Shown here: piece after piece, positions 52,512 to 62,191 of the stretch | Layout: each line of letters opens with the position of its first letter | Numbering within the stretch: the first letter of the stretch is position 1 | NCBI GenBank assembly: GCA_964570465.1 | Contig: CAZMYG010000002.1 | Span: 1 to 63,639, forward strand | DNA from: an uncultured Planctomycetales bacterium | Lineage (GTDB): Bacteria; Planctomycetota; UBA1135; CAZMYG01 | DNA: 63,639 nt | Direction of reading: 5' to 3' | Notes under the pieces: model-generated | Told to the model about the DNA's origin: nothing | What the model saw: only the letters and a program-made list of their open reading frames with translations | Databases searched by the model: none | Position numbers and translations under genes: made by a program

Positions 52512-53087
52512 ATGGCACAAAGAATGAAGAGATGGTTTTGGTTGCCCTGCGCCTTGTTGCTCGGGGTTGTCTTGGTTTCCAGTCACGCATTTGCTCAAGG
52601 AAGTAGCGGAAAGGCGATTCCTGCGATTCTCGAATCGCAGAAAAGCGCGAACGCTGTTGATGGGGCCGGGAATTTTGATGTTCCCACAGATCGACTGATC
52701 ATCGTGTTCTTGGTGATAGGTGGATTGATCTATCTGACCTATTTCGGATTGCGCCGCTACGTTTCTTGGTCTCGAGATACTCGTGCTAAGAAGCGATCAG
52801 TCGGAGTGATCGACTCGATTCCACTCGGAGGAAAACGCTGTGTCACGGTCACTCGTATCTACGATCGTATTTTGGTGCTCGGAGTTGGAGAAGATTCCAT
52901 TACTTTGCTCACAGAAATCAATGAAGAGGGAATCGAGAAGCCCGCAGCTCCAGGTAAGGCAAGTAAAGCCGCTGAACCGTTCTTGAATATGCTCTCGAGT
53001 CTGACTCGAAAACGTCAACCCGTAGAGAAGACAACAACAGCGCCGGTTCCTGCAGTGACTACCGCCAGCGAAGGATCTTTGCTCTAA
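52512..53087 (+). CDS. fliO: Flagellar export protein FliO
   Basis: Signal/TM MKRWFWLPCALLLGVVLVSSHAFA, a second TM LIIVFLVIGGLIYLTYFGL, and the conserved block IDSIPLGGKRCVTVTRIYDRILVLGVGEDSITLLTEI. Located before fliP. The track start at 52302 would run through the promoter and the divergent ORF. Confidence 0.7.
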   Translation: MAQRMKRWFWLPCALLLGVVLVSSHAFAQGSSGKAIPAILESQKSANAVDGAGNFDVPTDRLIIVFLVIGGLIYLTYFGLRRYVSWSRDTRAKKRSVGVIDSIPLGGKRCVTVTRIYDRILVLGVGEDSITLLTEINEEGIEKPAAPGKASKAAEPFLNMLSSLTRKRQPVEKTTTAPVPAVTTASEGSLL

Positions 53088-53093
53088 ACTCTC

Positions 53094-53882
53094 ATGAAGC
53101 TTGCGCTACGAATCTTTTCTCTGATTTCGATCTGGCTTTTGCTGACCCAAACAAGTCAGGCTCAGGGGATCGGCCACGTTTTCTCTGGTTCTTCTTCGGC
53201 GCCGTCGGCTTCTGCTGCGCTAACAGAGATTACAGGAGCTGATTCGCCGGGACGTTTGTCTTCCGCGGTCGAAATTGCAATCGTTCTGACGCTCGTCACG
53301 CTCTTGCCCTCGTTGCTGATGAGTGTCACTTCATTTTTGCGCATCATCATTGTTCTTTCTTTCGTACGTCGCGCGATGGGTGTGCAAGAGCTTCCTCCAA
53401 ATCCCGTACTCGCGGGGCTCGCTCTCTTTCTCACTCTCTTCATCATGTTTCCTGTTGGTTCCAAAATTTACGATGGCGCCGTGCAGCCCTATCTCGATGG
53501 GAAGTTATCGATGATGGCAGCAGGGGACGAAGCTTCGAAGCATCTGAGTGAATTTCTTTTAAAGCAAACTCGAGAGACGGATCTCGCACTGTTTGTAGAG
53601 CTTTCCAAAATGGAAAGACCGGAGTCTGTTGAGGACCTTCCGCTGCGAGTGATCATCCCCTCATTCATTCTGAGTGAGTTGAAAACATCGTTTCAAATGG
53701 GTTTTATCATTTTTTTACCCTTCTTGGTCATCGACTTGGTTGTTTCCAGCATTCTTCTTTCCATGGGCATGTTCATGCTCCCACCAGTTGTTATTTCAAC
53801 ACCTTTTAAGTTGTTGCTGTTCATTTTGGTCGACGGATGGAATCTCGTGATTCGCTCCTTAGTGTCTAGTTTTTCGATGTGA
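53094..53882 (+). CDS. fliP: Flagellar export gate protein FliP
   Basis: LTLVTLLPSLLMSVTSFLRIIIVLSFVRRAMGVQELPPNPVLAGLALFLTLFIM and C-terminus FKLLLFILVDGW. Confidence 0.95.
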   Translation: MKLALRIFSLISIWLLLTQTSQAQGIGHVFSGSSSAPSASAALTEITGADSPGRLSSAVEIAIVLTLVTLLPSLLMSVTSFLRIIIVLSFVRRAMGVQELPPNPVLAGLALFLTLFIMFPVGSKIYDGAVQPYLDGKLSMMAAGDEASKHLSEFLLKQTRETDLALFVELSKMERPESVEDLPLRVIIPSFILSELKTSFQMGFIIFLPFLVIDLVVSSILLSMGMFMLPPVVISTPFKLLLFILVDGWNLVIRSLVSSFSM

Positions 53883-53892
53883 GGAACTCGCA

Positions 53893-54162
53893 ATGAATGA
53901 AGTCATGGTTTTAGAGCTATGCCGATCGATTCTGATCACGGCTTTGACAGTGTCGGCTCCCGTGCTGCTCGTGGGCATGGTGGTCGGAATTATGGTGAGT
54001 CTTTTCCAAGCAGTAACGACGATTCATGAGCAGACCATGGCGTTGATTCCCAAAATGCTCGCCGTCGTTGGCGTCACTCTCTTTCTTTTGCCTTGGATGA
54101 TTCGAGTGTTGATGAATTACACGATCCCTTTACTTCAAAGCATCTCGACTTTTGCACGCTGA
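53893..54162 (+). CDS. fliQ: Flagellar export gate protein FliQ
   Basis: 89 aa with two TM segments and the motif LFQAVTTIHEQTMALIPK. Confidence 0.9.
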   Translation: MNEVMVLELCRSILITALTVSAPVLLVGMVVGIMVSLFQAVTTIHEQTMALIPKMLAVVGVTLFLLPWMIRVLMNYTIPLLQSISTFAR

Positions 54163-54164
54163 AT

Positions 54165-54935
54165 ATGGAAGCATTTTTAGGAAGAGTGGACTACTTCGCG
54201 CTGTTCGTTTTTCGAACAGCGGCGTTTTTTGCCACGGTTCCGATTTTGGGGACTTCGATTCGCAATCGAACTGTGAAAGTAGCGCTTTCGAGTCTTTTGG
54301 CCTTCGCTATTTTCCCTATTTGCGCAGATCCCGCTTGGAGAGCGCCAGAACATCCCTTTGCCTTTCTCATTTTGATTGCACGAGAGACTTTGATTGGGAT
54401 TTATCTTTCCTTTGTGGTTGTGCTTACTTTAAGCGCAGTGCGTATGGCCGGTGAACTGATTGGAATGGAGATGGGGTTGAGTTTAGCGGCTCAGATGGAT
54501 CCGATTACTGGAAGCAGCACACAATTGATTGCCTATCTTTATGAAGTCATCGCAGTTTTGATTTTTTTCGCATTGAATTTGCACCACTTCGTCATTCAAG
54601 CGCTTGTTAGTTCTTATGAATTGCTGCCCGTTGGAGAACGTTCCTTATTCAACATGGCACCAGATTTTTTTATCCAATTATTTCATCAGATGTTTTCTGG
54701 GGGATTGGTGCTCGCTGCTCCAGTGTTTGTCGTCCTTGCTTTGGTTTCGTTGTGCATGGGTTTTTTAGCGCGGGCCGTTCCCAATTTTAATTTGCTAGAT
54801 GCTGGTTACACCTTGCGAGTCATCGCGGCATTTGGAGCCATGATTCTTTTCATGCCTGGATTCGTAGCGGCAGCCGGGAAATTACTAGGGGGCATGCGAG
54901 AGTCCATGTTCGGGCTGATTTACTCATTGAGCTAA
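54165..54935 (+). CDS. fliR: Flagellar export gate protein FliR
   Basis: Polytopic protein with FVFRTAAFFATVPILG and GELIGMEMGLSLAAQMDP. ATG 54165 follows the fliQ stop; the track start at 54093 overlaps fliQ. Confidence 0.85.
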   Translation: MEAFLGRVDYFALFVFRTAAFFATVPILGTSIRNRTVKVALSSLLAFAIFPICADPAWRAPEHPFAFLILIARETLIGIYLSFVVVLTLSAVRMAGELIGMEMGLSLAAQMDPITGSSTQLIAYLYEVIAVLIFFALNLHHFVIQALVSSYELLPVGERSLFNMAPDFFIQLFHQMFSGGLVLAAPVFVVLALVSLCMGFLARAVPNFNLLDAGYTLRVIAAFGAMILFMPGFVAAAGKLLGGMRESMFGLIYSLS

Positions 54936-54944
54936 AGGAAAAAA

Positions 54945-56009
54945 ATGTCAGGGCAAGAACGCGATCAACGAACCGAACCAGCGACGCCAAAACGTCGCAA
55001 CGAAGTTCGTCAAAAGGGCCAAGTAGCCATGAGCCCGGATCTTAACGCAGCAATTTTGCTCACAGCCTCACTGGCTTTGATCTCTATTCTCGGCTCGGAA
55101 ATTGTCCAGGTTCTGACAGGTGTGCTCCGTGACATGCTCGTGTTGAAAACACCAAGTCAATTGCAAGTCGAATCTGTAATGACAATTACCTATGCCGCAG
55201 CGGAAAGAACCATTCCGACAATTGCTTTATTTACCTTGAGTCTCGCGGCAATCGGAGCGCTGTCCTCTTACGGACAAGTGGGCTTTCAACTGACACTTTC
55301 CTCCATTCGATGGGATCTTTCTCGCTTGAATCCCATCAAGTCACTGTCCAATTTTTTCAATCTTCGCGCCTTGGTGAGATTGGGCCTTGCTTTGGTCAAG
55401 GCGGCGATCATCGTGACGGTGATCTATCTCACGGTGAAAGGGGAGTTGCCACAGATTGCACTTCTCGATCGAACAGATTTGCCTGGGATGATTTCGTTTA
55501 TGGGTTCTTTGCTCTCTCGTGCAGCACTCTCGGCATGTCTAGCTTTGATCGGTGTGGGAATTGCCGATTTTTTCTACCAACGGTGGCAATTTGAGCGCGA
55601 TTTACGCATGACTAAGCAAGAAGTGAAAGACGAAGCGAAGCAGGTAGAAGGTGATCCTGCAGTCAAAGGCCAAATCAAAAAGAAGCAACGAGAAGTGGCT
55701 ATGCGCCGAATGATGGCCGCGGTTCCTAAGGCGACTGTCGTTGTGACGAACCCGACTCACTATTCCATCGCTCTCAAATATAAGACTGGAGAAGACAAGG
55801 CACCCAAGGTTGTTGCAAAGGGGAAAGACAGAATCGCTTTGCGCATTCGAGAAATTGCCAAGGAGCATAACGTTCCCATTATTGAGAACCCTCCTTTGGC
55901 CCAAAGTTTGTATCGAACGGTGGAAGTCGATCAGGAAATTCCGCACAACTTGTATCGCGCGGTTGCTGAGTTGCTTTCGCATGTTTTCCGGCTTCGAGGG
56001 AAATTGTAG
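54945..56009 (+). CDS. flhB: Flagellar export switch protein FlhB
   Basis: N-terminus QERDQRTEPATPKRRNEVRQKGQVAMS, the autocleavage site VVVTNPTHYSIAL, and PIIENPPLAQSLY. Confidence 0.95.
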   Translation: MSGQERDQRTEPATPKRRNEVRQKGQVAMSPDLNAAILLTASLALISILGSEIVQVLTGVLRDMLVLKTPSQLQVESVMTITYAAAERTIPTIALFTLSLAAIGALSSYGQVGFQLTLSSIRWDLSRLNPIKSLSNFFNLRALVRLGLALVKAAIIVTVIYLTVKGELPQIALLDRTDLPGMISFMGSLLSRAALSACLALIGVGIADFFYQRWQFERDLRMTKQEVKDEAKQVEGDPAVKGQIKKKQREVAMRRMMAAVPKATVVVTNPTHYSIALKYKTGEDKAPKVVAKGKDRIALRIREIAKEHNVPIIENPPLAQSLYRTVEVDQEIPHNLYRAVAELLSHVFRLRGKL

Positions 56010-56021
56010 GAGTCATTCAAG

Positions 56022-58109
56022 ATGGAAGAGAACAAAGTAAAACCCGGACTGCAAAACCTGCTGAAGTATGGCGATTGGATTCTCGGCTTTGGAGTGGTTG
56101 GCTTGCTCTTGGTATTGGTAGCGCCTCTGCCCAATGTCCTCATCGACCTCTTGATTGTTTGTAATCTCGCCGCCGCGATGTTGATCTTGCTGATTACGAT
56201 CAACACATCCACTCCTCTTGAACTTTCCACATTTCCTTCAATTTTACTTTTTACAACACTCATGCGCTTGGCGGTCAATGTCGCGACGACACGCGCAATC
56301 CTTTTGCATGGAGACGGTGGAGCGGTTGTTCGTGCCTTTGGAGATTTCGTGCTTGGGGGCAATTTAACGGTCGGGGTTGTCGTCTTTGCAATCATCGTGA
56401 CGATCAACTTCATCGTTATCACCAAAGGTTCGAATCGTATTTCAGAAGTCGCCGCGAGATTTACTTTGGATGCAATGCCCGGGCGACAAATGGCCATCGA
56501 TGCCGATCTCAACGCTGGAACGATTTCCACGGAAGAGGCAAATAAGCGACGAGGACAGATTCAAAAAGAAGCCGAATTTTTTGGAGCCATGGACGGTGCT
56601 GGAAAATTTGTCCGCGGAGATGCGATCGCTGGGCTCATCATTATTTTTGTGAACGCTATCGGCGGAGTCATCTTGGGCTGGACTCGCGGCATGCCGATCG
56701 CAGAAGCGCTACAGCACTTTGTGATTTTGACTGTTGGTGACGGTTTGGTTTCTCAAATTCCAACCCTGTTGATTTCTGTGGCATCTGGTGTGTTGGTTAC
56801 GAAAACCAATTCTAATAATAAACTTGCGAACGAAGTTGGATTGCAATTGCTCACCAAGCCTCGCGCGATGCTCATCGGTTCAGGCATCATGTTTATCATC
56901 GGCTTGATTCCTGGCTTGCCGATTCTTCCCTTTTTAGTTTTCTCTGGGATTTTCTTTTTCATTTACACACAAACTCGAGATCAAGATGCAGAGTCAGGAG
57001 CCAGCTCAACTGCAGATGTGAAAAAAGCTGGAGCTAAAGGAGCGGAAGCCGGCAAGGAAGAAGGTGGCGGGAAAAATGTCGACGAACTGTTAACGGCGGA
57101 TCGTATGGCAGTAGAGATTGGCTATCGTTTGATTCCTCTCGTTGACCCTGAAACAGGAACCGGCCTTTTAGATCATATTTCCGTGATGCGACGTCAATTT
57201 GCGCTCAACGAAGGTTTGCTCGTTCCTCCGATTCGGATTAAGGACAATATTCGCTTGGATGCGAATGGATATCGGATTTTGGTTGGAGGGGAAGAAGTCG
57301 CAAGCGGAAAACTACTTCCTGGGCATCTCTTGGCGATGGATGGAGGTTCTGCAGAACGCACCATTCAAGGGATCGACACGGTCGATCCGTCTTTTGGCTT
57401 GCCGGCGAAATGGATTCCTGCCGACGCAAAAGAGGAAGCCGATTTGTTTGGTTACACTGTAGTCGATCCTGTTTCGGTGCTCGTCACTCATATCAGCGAG
57501 ATCATTAAGTCGAATGCTTTCGAGGTTCTCTCTCGCGACGATGTCAAACATTTGCTCGACAATGTGAAGAAGAAGTATCCCGCTGTTGTTGAGGAGCTCG
57601 TTCCAGGGCTACTTTCGGTGGGAGATGTGCAAAAAGTGTTGCGTAACCTTCTTCGCGAACGCGTTTCGATTCGCAATCTTCCGTCGATCCTTGAAGCGAT
57701 GGCCGATCATGCAGGCCAAACTAAGGACACGGAAATTTTGACCGAGTTTGTGCGACAGCGAATCGCGCGTTCACTATGCGAGAGCTATTCCGATGAGAAG
57801 GGAAAACTCTACGCCGTCACTCTCGATCCCAATTTGGAAAACAAACTCGCCGCCGCTTCTTCGCGAACTTCTCCAGATGCGGATGCCGTCAACCCAGCCT
57901 ATTTGCGACGAGTCGTCGATGCGGTGGGTGAAACGATTCGTGGCGCGTCTTCTAGAGGTAAAGAGCCCGTGTTGTTAGCAAAGGGACAAGTGCGCCGATT
58001 CGTGCGCGATTTAATTGGGACTTCTTTTCCGCGTGTTCCGGTACTTTCCTACAGTGAAATCACCCCCGCGCGAAGTGTTGAATCGCTGGGTGTCGTGAAG
58101 GTGGAGTAA
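56022..58109 (+). CDS. flhA: Flagellar export gate protein FlhA
   Basis: 695 aa with an N-terminal 8-TM region, FVRGDAIAGLIIIFVNAIGG, LTVGDGLVSQIP, and a large cytoplasmic C-domain. Confidence 0.95.
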   Translation: MEENKVKPGLQNLLKYGDWILGFGVVGLLLVLVAPLPNVLIDLLIVCNLAAAMLILLITINTSTPLELSTFPSILLFTTLMRLAVNVATTRAILLHGDGGAVVRAFGDFVLGGNLTVGVVVFAIIVTINFIVITKGSNRISEVAARFTLDAMPGRQMAIDADLNAGTISTEEANKRRGQIQKEAEFFGAMDGAGKFVRGDAIAGLIIIFVNAIGGVILGWTRGMPIAEALQHFVILTVGDGLVSQIPTLLISVASGVLVTKTNSNNKLANEVGLQLLTKPRAMLIGSGIMFIIGLIPGLPILPFLVFSGIFFFIYTQTRDQDAESGASSTADVKKAGAKGAEAGKEEGGGKNVDELLTADRMAVEIGYRLIPLVDPETGTGLLDHISVMRRQFALNEGLLVPPIRIKDNIRLDANGYRILVGGEEVASGKLLPGHLLAMDGGSAERTIQGIDTVDPSFGLPAKWIPADAKEEADLFGYTVVDPVSVLVTHISEIIKSNAFEVLSRDDVKHLLDNVKKKYPAVVEELVPGLLSVGDVQKVLRNLLRERVSIRNLPSILEAMADHAGQTKDTEILTEFVRQRIARSLCESYSDEKGKLYAVTLDPNLENKLAAASSRTSPDADAVNPAYLRRVVDAVGETIRGASSRGKEPVLLAKGQVRRFVRDLIGTSFPRVPVLSYSEITPARSVESLGVVKVE

Positions 58110-58112
58110 GAG

Positions 58113-59174
58113 ATGAAAATTCAAGAATTCCAAGCAGAGACTACGAGCGCAGCTCTGAAGAAAGTTCAAGAGCAGTTGGGATCGGGCGCGTTAATCCTTT
58201 CCACAAAATCTGCGGTAGGTGGTGTTGTTGTTACGGCCGCATTGGCTGAGCCCAACGAGATTCCTCAAAAACGTCCAAAGAACACAGCGGCGCTTTCAGA
58301 TTCTTTGGAGGATTTGAAATCGGAGATTGCGGATTTGAGGGAAGCCCTCTCGTCCGGTGTGCCGGACTCTTTGCAACGTATTCCTTCTTTGGCAGAGCTT
58401 GATCGACGTTTGCGTGAGAATGGATTTTCCCCTCGACTTCGGAGACGTTTAATTGAAGCGAGCGCGAAAGATGGTGGGGGACCTGAGGTTTTTGCGCGAG
58501 CGGAGTCAGTATTAGCAGAGTGGCTTCCGATTTGGCCTTCGAAAGGATTTGAGAAAAAACCGCGCATTGTTTCCTTTGTCGGGCCTACCGGAGCGGGAAA
58601 GACTACAACTCTCGCGAAATTAGCGGGACGTCTTGTTCACGAAGCCAAGAAAAAAGTGGCCCTGATTACTTTGGACACCTATCGCGTGGCGGCCGTTGAG
58701 CAAATTCGCGCCTATGCAGACATGATCGGAGTGCCATTACAGGTTGTGTTCACTCCTGCAGATGCCACGCGAGCAATTGCCGATTTTCGAGAGCAAGATG
58801 TCGTTTTGATTGATACCGCTGGGCGCAGTCCTTTTGATTCAGATCGCTTGCGTGAGCTCGCGGGTTTTGTGCAAAGCGGCAATATGGATGTGTTGCTCGC
58901 ATTGGCTGCAAATACTTCTCCCGACGTTGCAGAAGAAGTGTTGGATCGTTTTGCAACGATTGGACCTTCTGCGCTTGTGCTTACCAAGATGGATGAAACG
59001 AAAAAACCTGCTGCATTGTTGGATGTGATTTTAGCTCGCGACTTGCCTTTAGCTTATGTCACTGACGGACAAGAAGTGCCTGCAGATTTAGAAAGAGCAA
59101 GTGCGGAGAAATTGTCAGCTCGCATGTTGGAAAATTCTCAATCGGTTCTTCTAGAGAGTGAACTCGCACTATGA
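58113..59174 (+). CDS. flhF: SRP-type GTPase FlhF
   Basis: N-terminus MKIQEFQAETTSAALKKVQEQLG, G1 FVGPTGAGKTTTLAKLA, G3 DTAGRS, and LTKMDET. Confidence 0.9.
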   Translation: MKIQEFQAETTSAALKKVQEQLGSGALILSTKSAVGGVVVTAALAEPNEIPQKRPKNTAALSDSLEDLKSEIADLREALSSGVPDSLQRIPSLAELDRRLRENGFSPRLRRRLIEASAKDGGGPEVFARAESVLAEWLPIWPSKGFEKKPRIVSFVGPTGAGKTTTLAKLAGRLVHEAKKKVALITLDTYRVAAVEQIRAYADMIGVPLQVVFTPADATRAIADFREQDVVLIDTAGRSPFDSDRLRELAGFVQSGNMDVLLALAANTSPDVAEEVLDRFATIGPSALVLTKMDETKKPAALLDVILARDLPLAYVTDGQEVPADLERASAEKLSARMLENSQSVLLESELAL

Positions 59175-60004
59175 ATGATCAGGCCGCTGGATTAAGAGCG
59201 CTCCAAACTCCAGGGCGTTCGGACTCTGTAGCGATTGCTGCGGAGCGATTTCCCAATCTCTATCGCTTTTCTTGTCCTTTTCTTGTGGTGACTGGAGGAA
59301 AAGGCGGGGTCGGGAAGAGTTCTGTCGCCGCGAATTTAGCTTTTGCGATTTCAAATCTGAAAAAACGGGTGCTGCTTGTCGATTTAGATCTGGGTCTTGC
59401 CAATCTCGACATTCTTTTCCGTTTGTTCCCTGAGAAAAATCTGGAATGGGTAGCAAAAGAAAAAGCCACAGCCGCAGATTGCATTGTTGCGGTAAAGAAA
59501 GGCCTAGATCTTTTGCCAGCTTCCAGTGGAATTGCGGAAATGGCAGCTACTCAAAGCGCTGAACGCGAGCGAATGTTGGCTCAGTTAGCAAAGTTGTCCA
59601 CAAAGTACGATTATGTGATTGCCGATACAGCCGCTGGGATTGCTCCAGATGTTTTGCATTTCGCTCAGGCCGCAAGCCAGGTTTTGATTGTTTCTCATCC
59701 TGAGCCTGCTGCGCTGACCGATGCCTACGCTCTTTTGAAGTTGCTTTTTCAAAGACGTCGTGATTTACGAGCTTCGGTTGTGCTCAATTACGTTGCCAGC
59801 TCCGAGCAGGCGAGCGAATCTTTTAAGAAGCTTCAATTTGCCGTTCGACGTTTTTGCTCGGGCGAATTAGAAGACTTGGGTTGGCTACCTAGAGATTCCG
59901 CCGTCATGCGTGCTCATCAAGAACAAAGCCCGTTCGTTCATTCTTTTCCGGACTCTCTTGCGGCTGGCGCAATTCGGCAGCTCGCCCAACGCATCATTTC
60001 TTAG
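59171..60004 (+). CDS. flhG: MinD-type ATPase FlhG (FleN/YlxH)
   Basis: N-terminal DQAAGLRAL (FlhF-activating DQAxxLR-type motif), deviant Walker A GGKGGVGKSS, and 4-nt overlap with flhF. Confidence 0.85.
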   Translation: MNDQAAGLRALQTPGRSDSVAIAAERFPNLYRFSCPFLVVTGGKGGVGKSSVAANLAFAISNLKKRVLLVDLDLGLANLDILFRLFPEKNLEWVAKEKATAADCIVAVKKGLDLLPASSGIAEMAATQSAERERMLAQLAKLSTKYDYVIADTAAGIAPDVLHFAQAASQVLIVSHPEPAALTDAYALLKLLFQRRRDLRASVVLNYVASSEQASESFKKLQFAVRRFCSGELEDLGWLPRDSAVMRAHQEQSPFVHSFPDSLAAGAIRQLAQRIIS

Positions 60005-60076
60005 AAGCAGATTTCAGTAATTCCTCAAGCTTCAACCCTTTAATCGTCGATAAAGCCGAGCGAGGAATGCAACCCG

Positions 60077-60280
60077 ATGAATTACACGAAGGAAGAGATC
60101 GGCGCTACCGCAGGCAGCGCGATCTACGCCCTAGTTCTGGTGATTGGATGGTTTCAGGACGTTTCCCCGATGGAATCCTGTTTTCGGGGAGTCGTTTGCG
60201 CGATACCAACCCTGTTGCTTGGGCAATTTCTTGGAGGCATGTGGGTGAAGGCGTCGCAGCAACAGCAGGGGGACGGATAG
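60077..60280 (+). CDS. Possible 67-aa two-TM membrane protein between flhG and fliA
   Basis: Two hydrophobic stretches, ATAGSAIYALVLVIGWF and VVCAIPTLLLGQFLGGMWV. The SD is weak. The alternative frame (60067..60288) is Arg-rich and looks non-coding. Confidence 0.35.
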   Translation: MNYTKEEIGATAGSAIYALVLVIGWFQDVSPMESCFRGVVCAIPTLLLGQFLGGMWVKASQQQQGDG

Positions 60281-60291
60281 AAGATTAAGCC

Positions 60292-61017
60292 ATGGATTCC
60301 GAAGAGAAAAAAAGCACGGTTTCCAATGAAGAGCGCGATCGACGGGTCGTGGAATATTTACCACTCGTCCGTTATGTCGTGGGTCGGCTTTGTATAGACC
60401 TTCCTCCCTCCATCGATCGAGATGACTTGTGCAGTTATGGGGTCATCGGACTTCTTCACGCAGCAGTCACCTTCGACCCCTCACGAGGAGTATCTTTCAA
60501 GACCTTCGCATTCATTCATATCCGCGGGGCCATACTTGATGAGCTAAGAAAGCATGATTTCTTGCCGCGCACTCGTAGAGACAAGCTCAAGCAATTGGAA
60601 AGCGCTGTCGCAGAGTTGCAACAACATTTAGGTCGCGCCCCCATGCCTGAAGAGTTAGCTAAAGCTTTAGGATGCGAAGAAAGGGAAATCGACGAATTGT
60701 TGCTCGTTGCGCGCACGGCGAATTTGCTTTCGATTGACGATTTAGGCAAGCAGGTTCCGATTGGGATCGCTTGCTCAAAAACAGAAGATCCACTCGACAC
60801 CGTCGAGAAAAGTGAGTCGAAGAAAGTGCTCGCCGAAGCGATTGCTGGATTACCAGAAATGGAACGCCGAGTGTTGGTGCTTTACTACAGCGAAGGACTT
60901 CTCCTTCGAGAAATTGGTGAGGTCTTAGGAGTGACCGAATCACGAGTTTCTCAGGTACACACGCGAGCGCTTTTCCGCTTGCAGAGAGCGATGGCTCCCG
61001 CATTCGGAGGTTTATAG
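60292..61017 (+). CDS. fliA: Flagellar sigma factor FliA (sigma-28)
   Basis: Region 2: YLPLVRYVVGRL, SYGVIGLLHAAVTFD, FIHIRGAILDELRKHD. Region 4: LVLYYSEGLLLREIGEVLGVTESRVSQVHTRAL. 241 aa. Confidence 0.9.
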   Translation: MDSEEKKSTVSNEERDRRVVEYLPLVRYVVGRLCIDLPPSIDRDDLCSYGVIGLLHAAVTFDPSRGVSFKTFAFIHIRGAILDELRKHDFLPRTRRDKLKQLESAVAELQQHLGRAPMPEELAKALGCEEREIDELLLVARTANLLSIDDLGKQVPIGIACSKTEDPLDTVEKSESKKVLAEAIAGLPEMERRVLVLYYSEGLLLREIGEVLGVTESRVSQVHTRALFRLQRAMAPAFGGL

Positions 61018-61032
61018 AAAGGAGGCACAGAG

Positions 61033-61287
61033 ATGGCAGCGGAGAACCCCATTTCAAGAATTCCTCCTGTGACGAATCCGAGCTATGCAATCGAAAGACC
61101 GAATTCTCAGCAGAAACGTGGTCAACAACAGCCACCGTTTACGCTGAAAGAAGAAGGAAAGAAGGAACAAGAAGCGAATCAGGCGAGTATGGGCGCTGAT
61201 GCGCAAGAAGCTACAGCCGAATTAGAGCTCGAGGTTGCTCCACCGAAAGAGGATGAATCGGGAAGCCATCTCGACTTCACGGCATAG
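61033..61287 (+). CDS. Hypothetical 84-aa protein, predicted disordered, Q/E/K-rich
   Basis: A strong SD AAAGGAGG lies 7 nt upstream. No recognisable domain. Confidence 0.45.
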   Translation: MAAENPISRIPPVTNPSYAIERPNSQQKRGQQQPPFTLKEEGKKEQEANQASMGADAQEATAELELEVAPPKEDESGSHLDFTA

Positions 61288-61315
61288 AAGAACAGGCGTT
61301 TGAAGAGGAGAAATC

Positions 61316-61549
61316 GTGGACTCAGGATTTAGAGATTCATCGCGAGTCATCAAAAAGTCTCAAGTTCTGCCTGCGGGCAGCGTCCCTCCTCCCGAGAAAT
61401 CTGTAGAAGCCAGTTTGCCCGGAGTTCGATTACGAGAGGAAAATTCGGAAATTAAAGCGATCGAAGTGCACTGCAACTGTGGATCCAAAATTGTGATCGA
61501 TTGTGATTATTCAGGTGCAAAGGCACAAGGAGAAGGCCATGAGAAGTAG
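61316..61549 (+). CDS. Hypothetical 77-aa protein with a Cys-containing C-terminus
   Basis: GTG start preceded by GAGGAG. C-terminus IKAIEVHCNCGSKIVIDCDY. No family recognised. Confidence 0.4.
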   Translation: MDSGFRDSSRVIKKSQVLPAGSVPPPEKSVEASLPGVRLREENSEIKAIEVHCNCGSKIVIDCDYSGAKAQGEGHEK

Positions 61550-62189
61550 ATCTGGAATTTTGTTGGCGGTTTTAATGGTTGCAGTTTCTAGCTCCTGCGC
61601 GACGCCCTCGCTCATCTCGACAATCGGGGGCAACGGCTCTCCGGTGGTAGCGCAAAATGCGATGCTGCCTGGAGAAAAAGGAGTTGCGGTAAAAGGCGAT
61701 TCGCCTTCGCGAGAGCTGGATTTGGCTGATACGAAAACGGGGAGACAAACACTCGTTGAGATGTATCGCCAAAGATTGCGCGAGATGGATGAACTCAAAT
61801 CAAATTTGCGGGCGTTGGAGCAACAGCAAGGTTCTTTGCATATCAACAATCAAGAACTCTCTAGTCAACTTGAAGAGTTAAGAACCGAACTCAAAACAGA
61901 AAAACAAGAACGCGAGAGATTGCAGCAAGAGAATCAAGAATTGACGGCGCGGCTTCTGGAGGGAGCGGTAAAGCAAGCCGAAGTGGAAAAGCAACTTTTG
62001 CAATTCAAAATCACAGCGCTCAAAGACAAACGACTCGCGATGAGTGCGTCACCTTCTAGTTCGTCCTCCAAGTCAAGCAAGAAGGAGAATTCCTCCATTA
62101 CAAAACCGAAAGAAACAGAGGGCGAGCGCAAAGAGGAGAAGCCTTCAGAAGAAAATTCTGGTGAAAAGCATAAAAGCGGAGAGCACTAG
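61539..62189 (+). CDS. Coiled-coil lipoprotein
   Basis: ATG 61539 with SD AAGGAGAAGG. Signal plus lipobox-like MRSRSGILLAVLMVAVSSSC. A long heptad-like region (LRALEQQQGSLHINNQELSSQLEELRTELKTEKQERERLQQENQELTARL) and a K/E/S-rich tail. Confidence 0.6.
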   Translation: MRSRSGILLAVLMVAVSSSCATPSLISTIGGNGSPVVAQNAMLPGEKGVAVKGDSPSRELDLADTKTGRQTLVEMYRQRLREMDELKSNLRALEQQQGSLHINNQELSSQLEELRTELKTEKQERERLQQENQELTARLLEGAVKQAEVEKQLLQFKITALKDKRLAMSASPSSSSSKSSKKENSSITKPKETEGERKEEKPSEENSGEKHKSGEH

Positions 62190-62191
62190 AC

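Noticed and set aside
55931-56530. 199-aa minus-strand ORF across the flhB/flhA junction
   Set aside because: It overlaps two unambiguous plus-strand genes, and its composition (T/K/A/P-rich) is typical of antisense to TM-rich coding sequence.
60067-60288. 73-aa alternative frame between flhG and fliA
   Set aside because: The peptide is Arg/Gly/Asp-rich with no hydrophobic core. The overlapping 67-aa frame with two TM-like segments is the more plausible of the two, though still uncertain.
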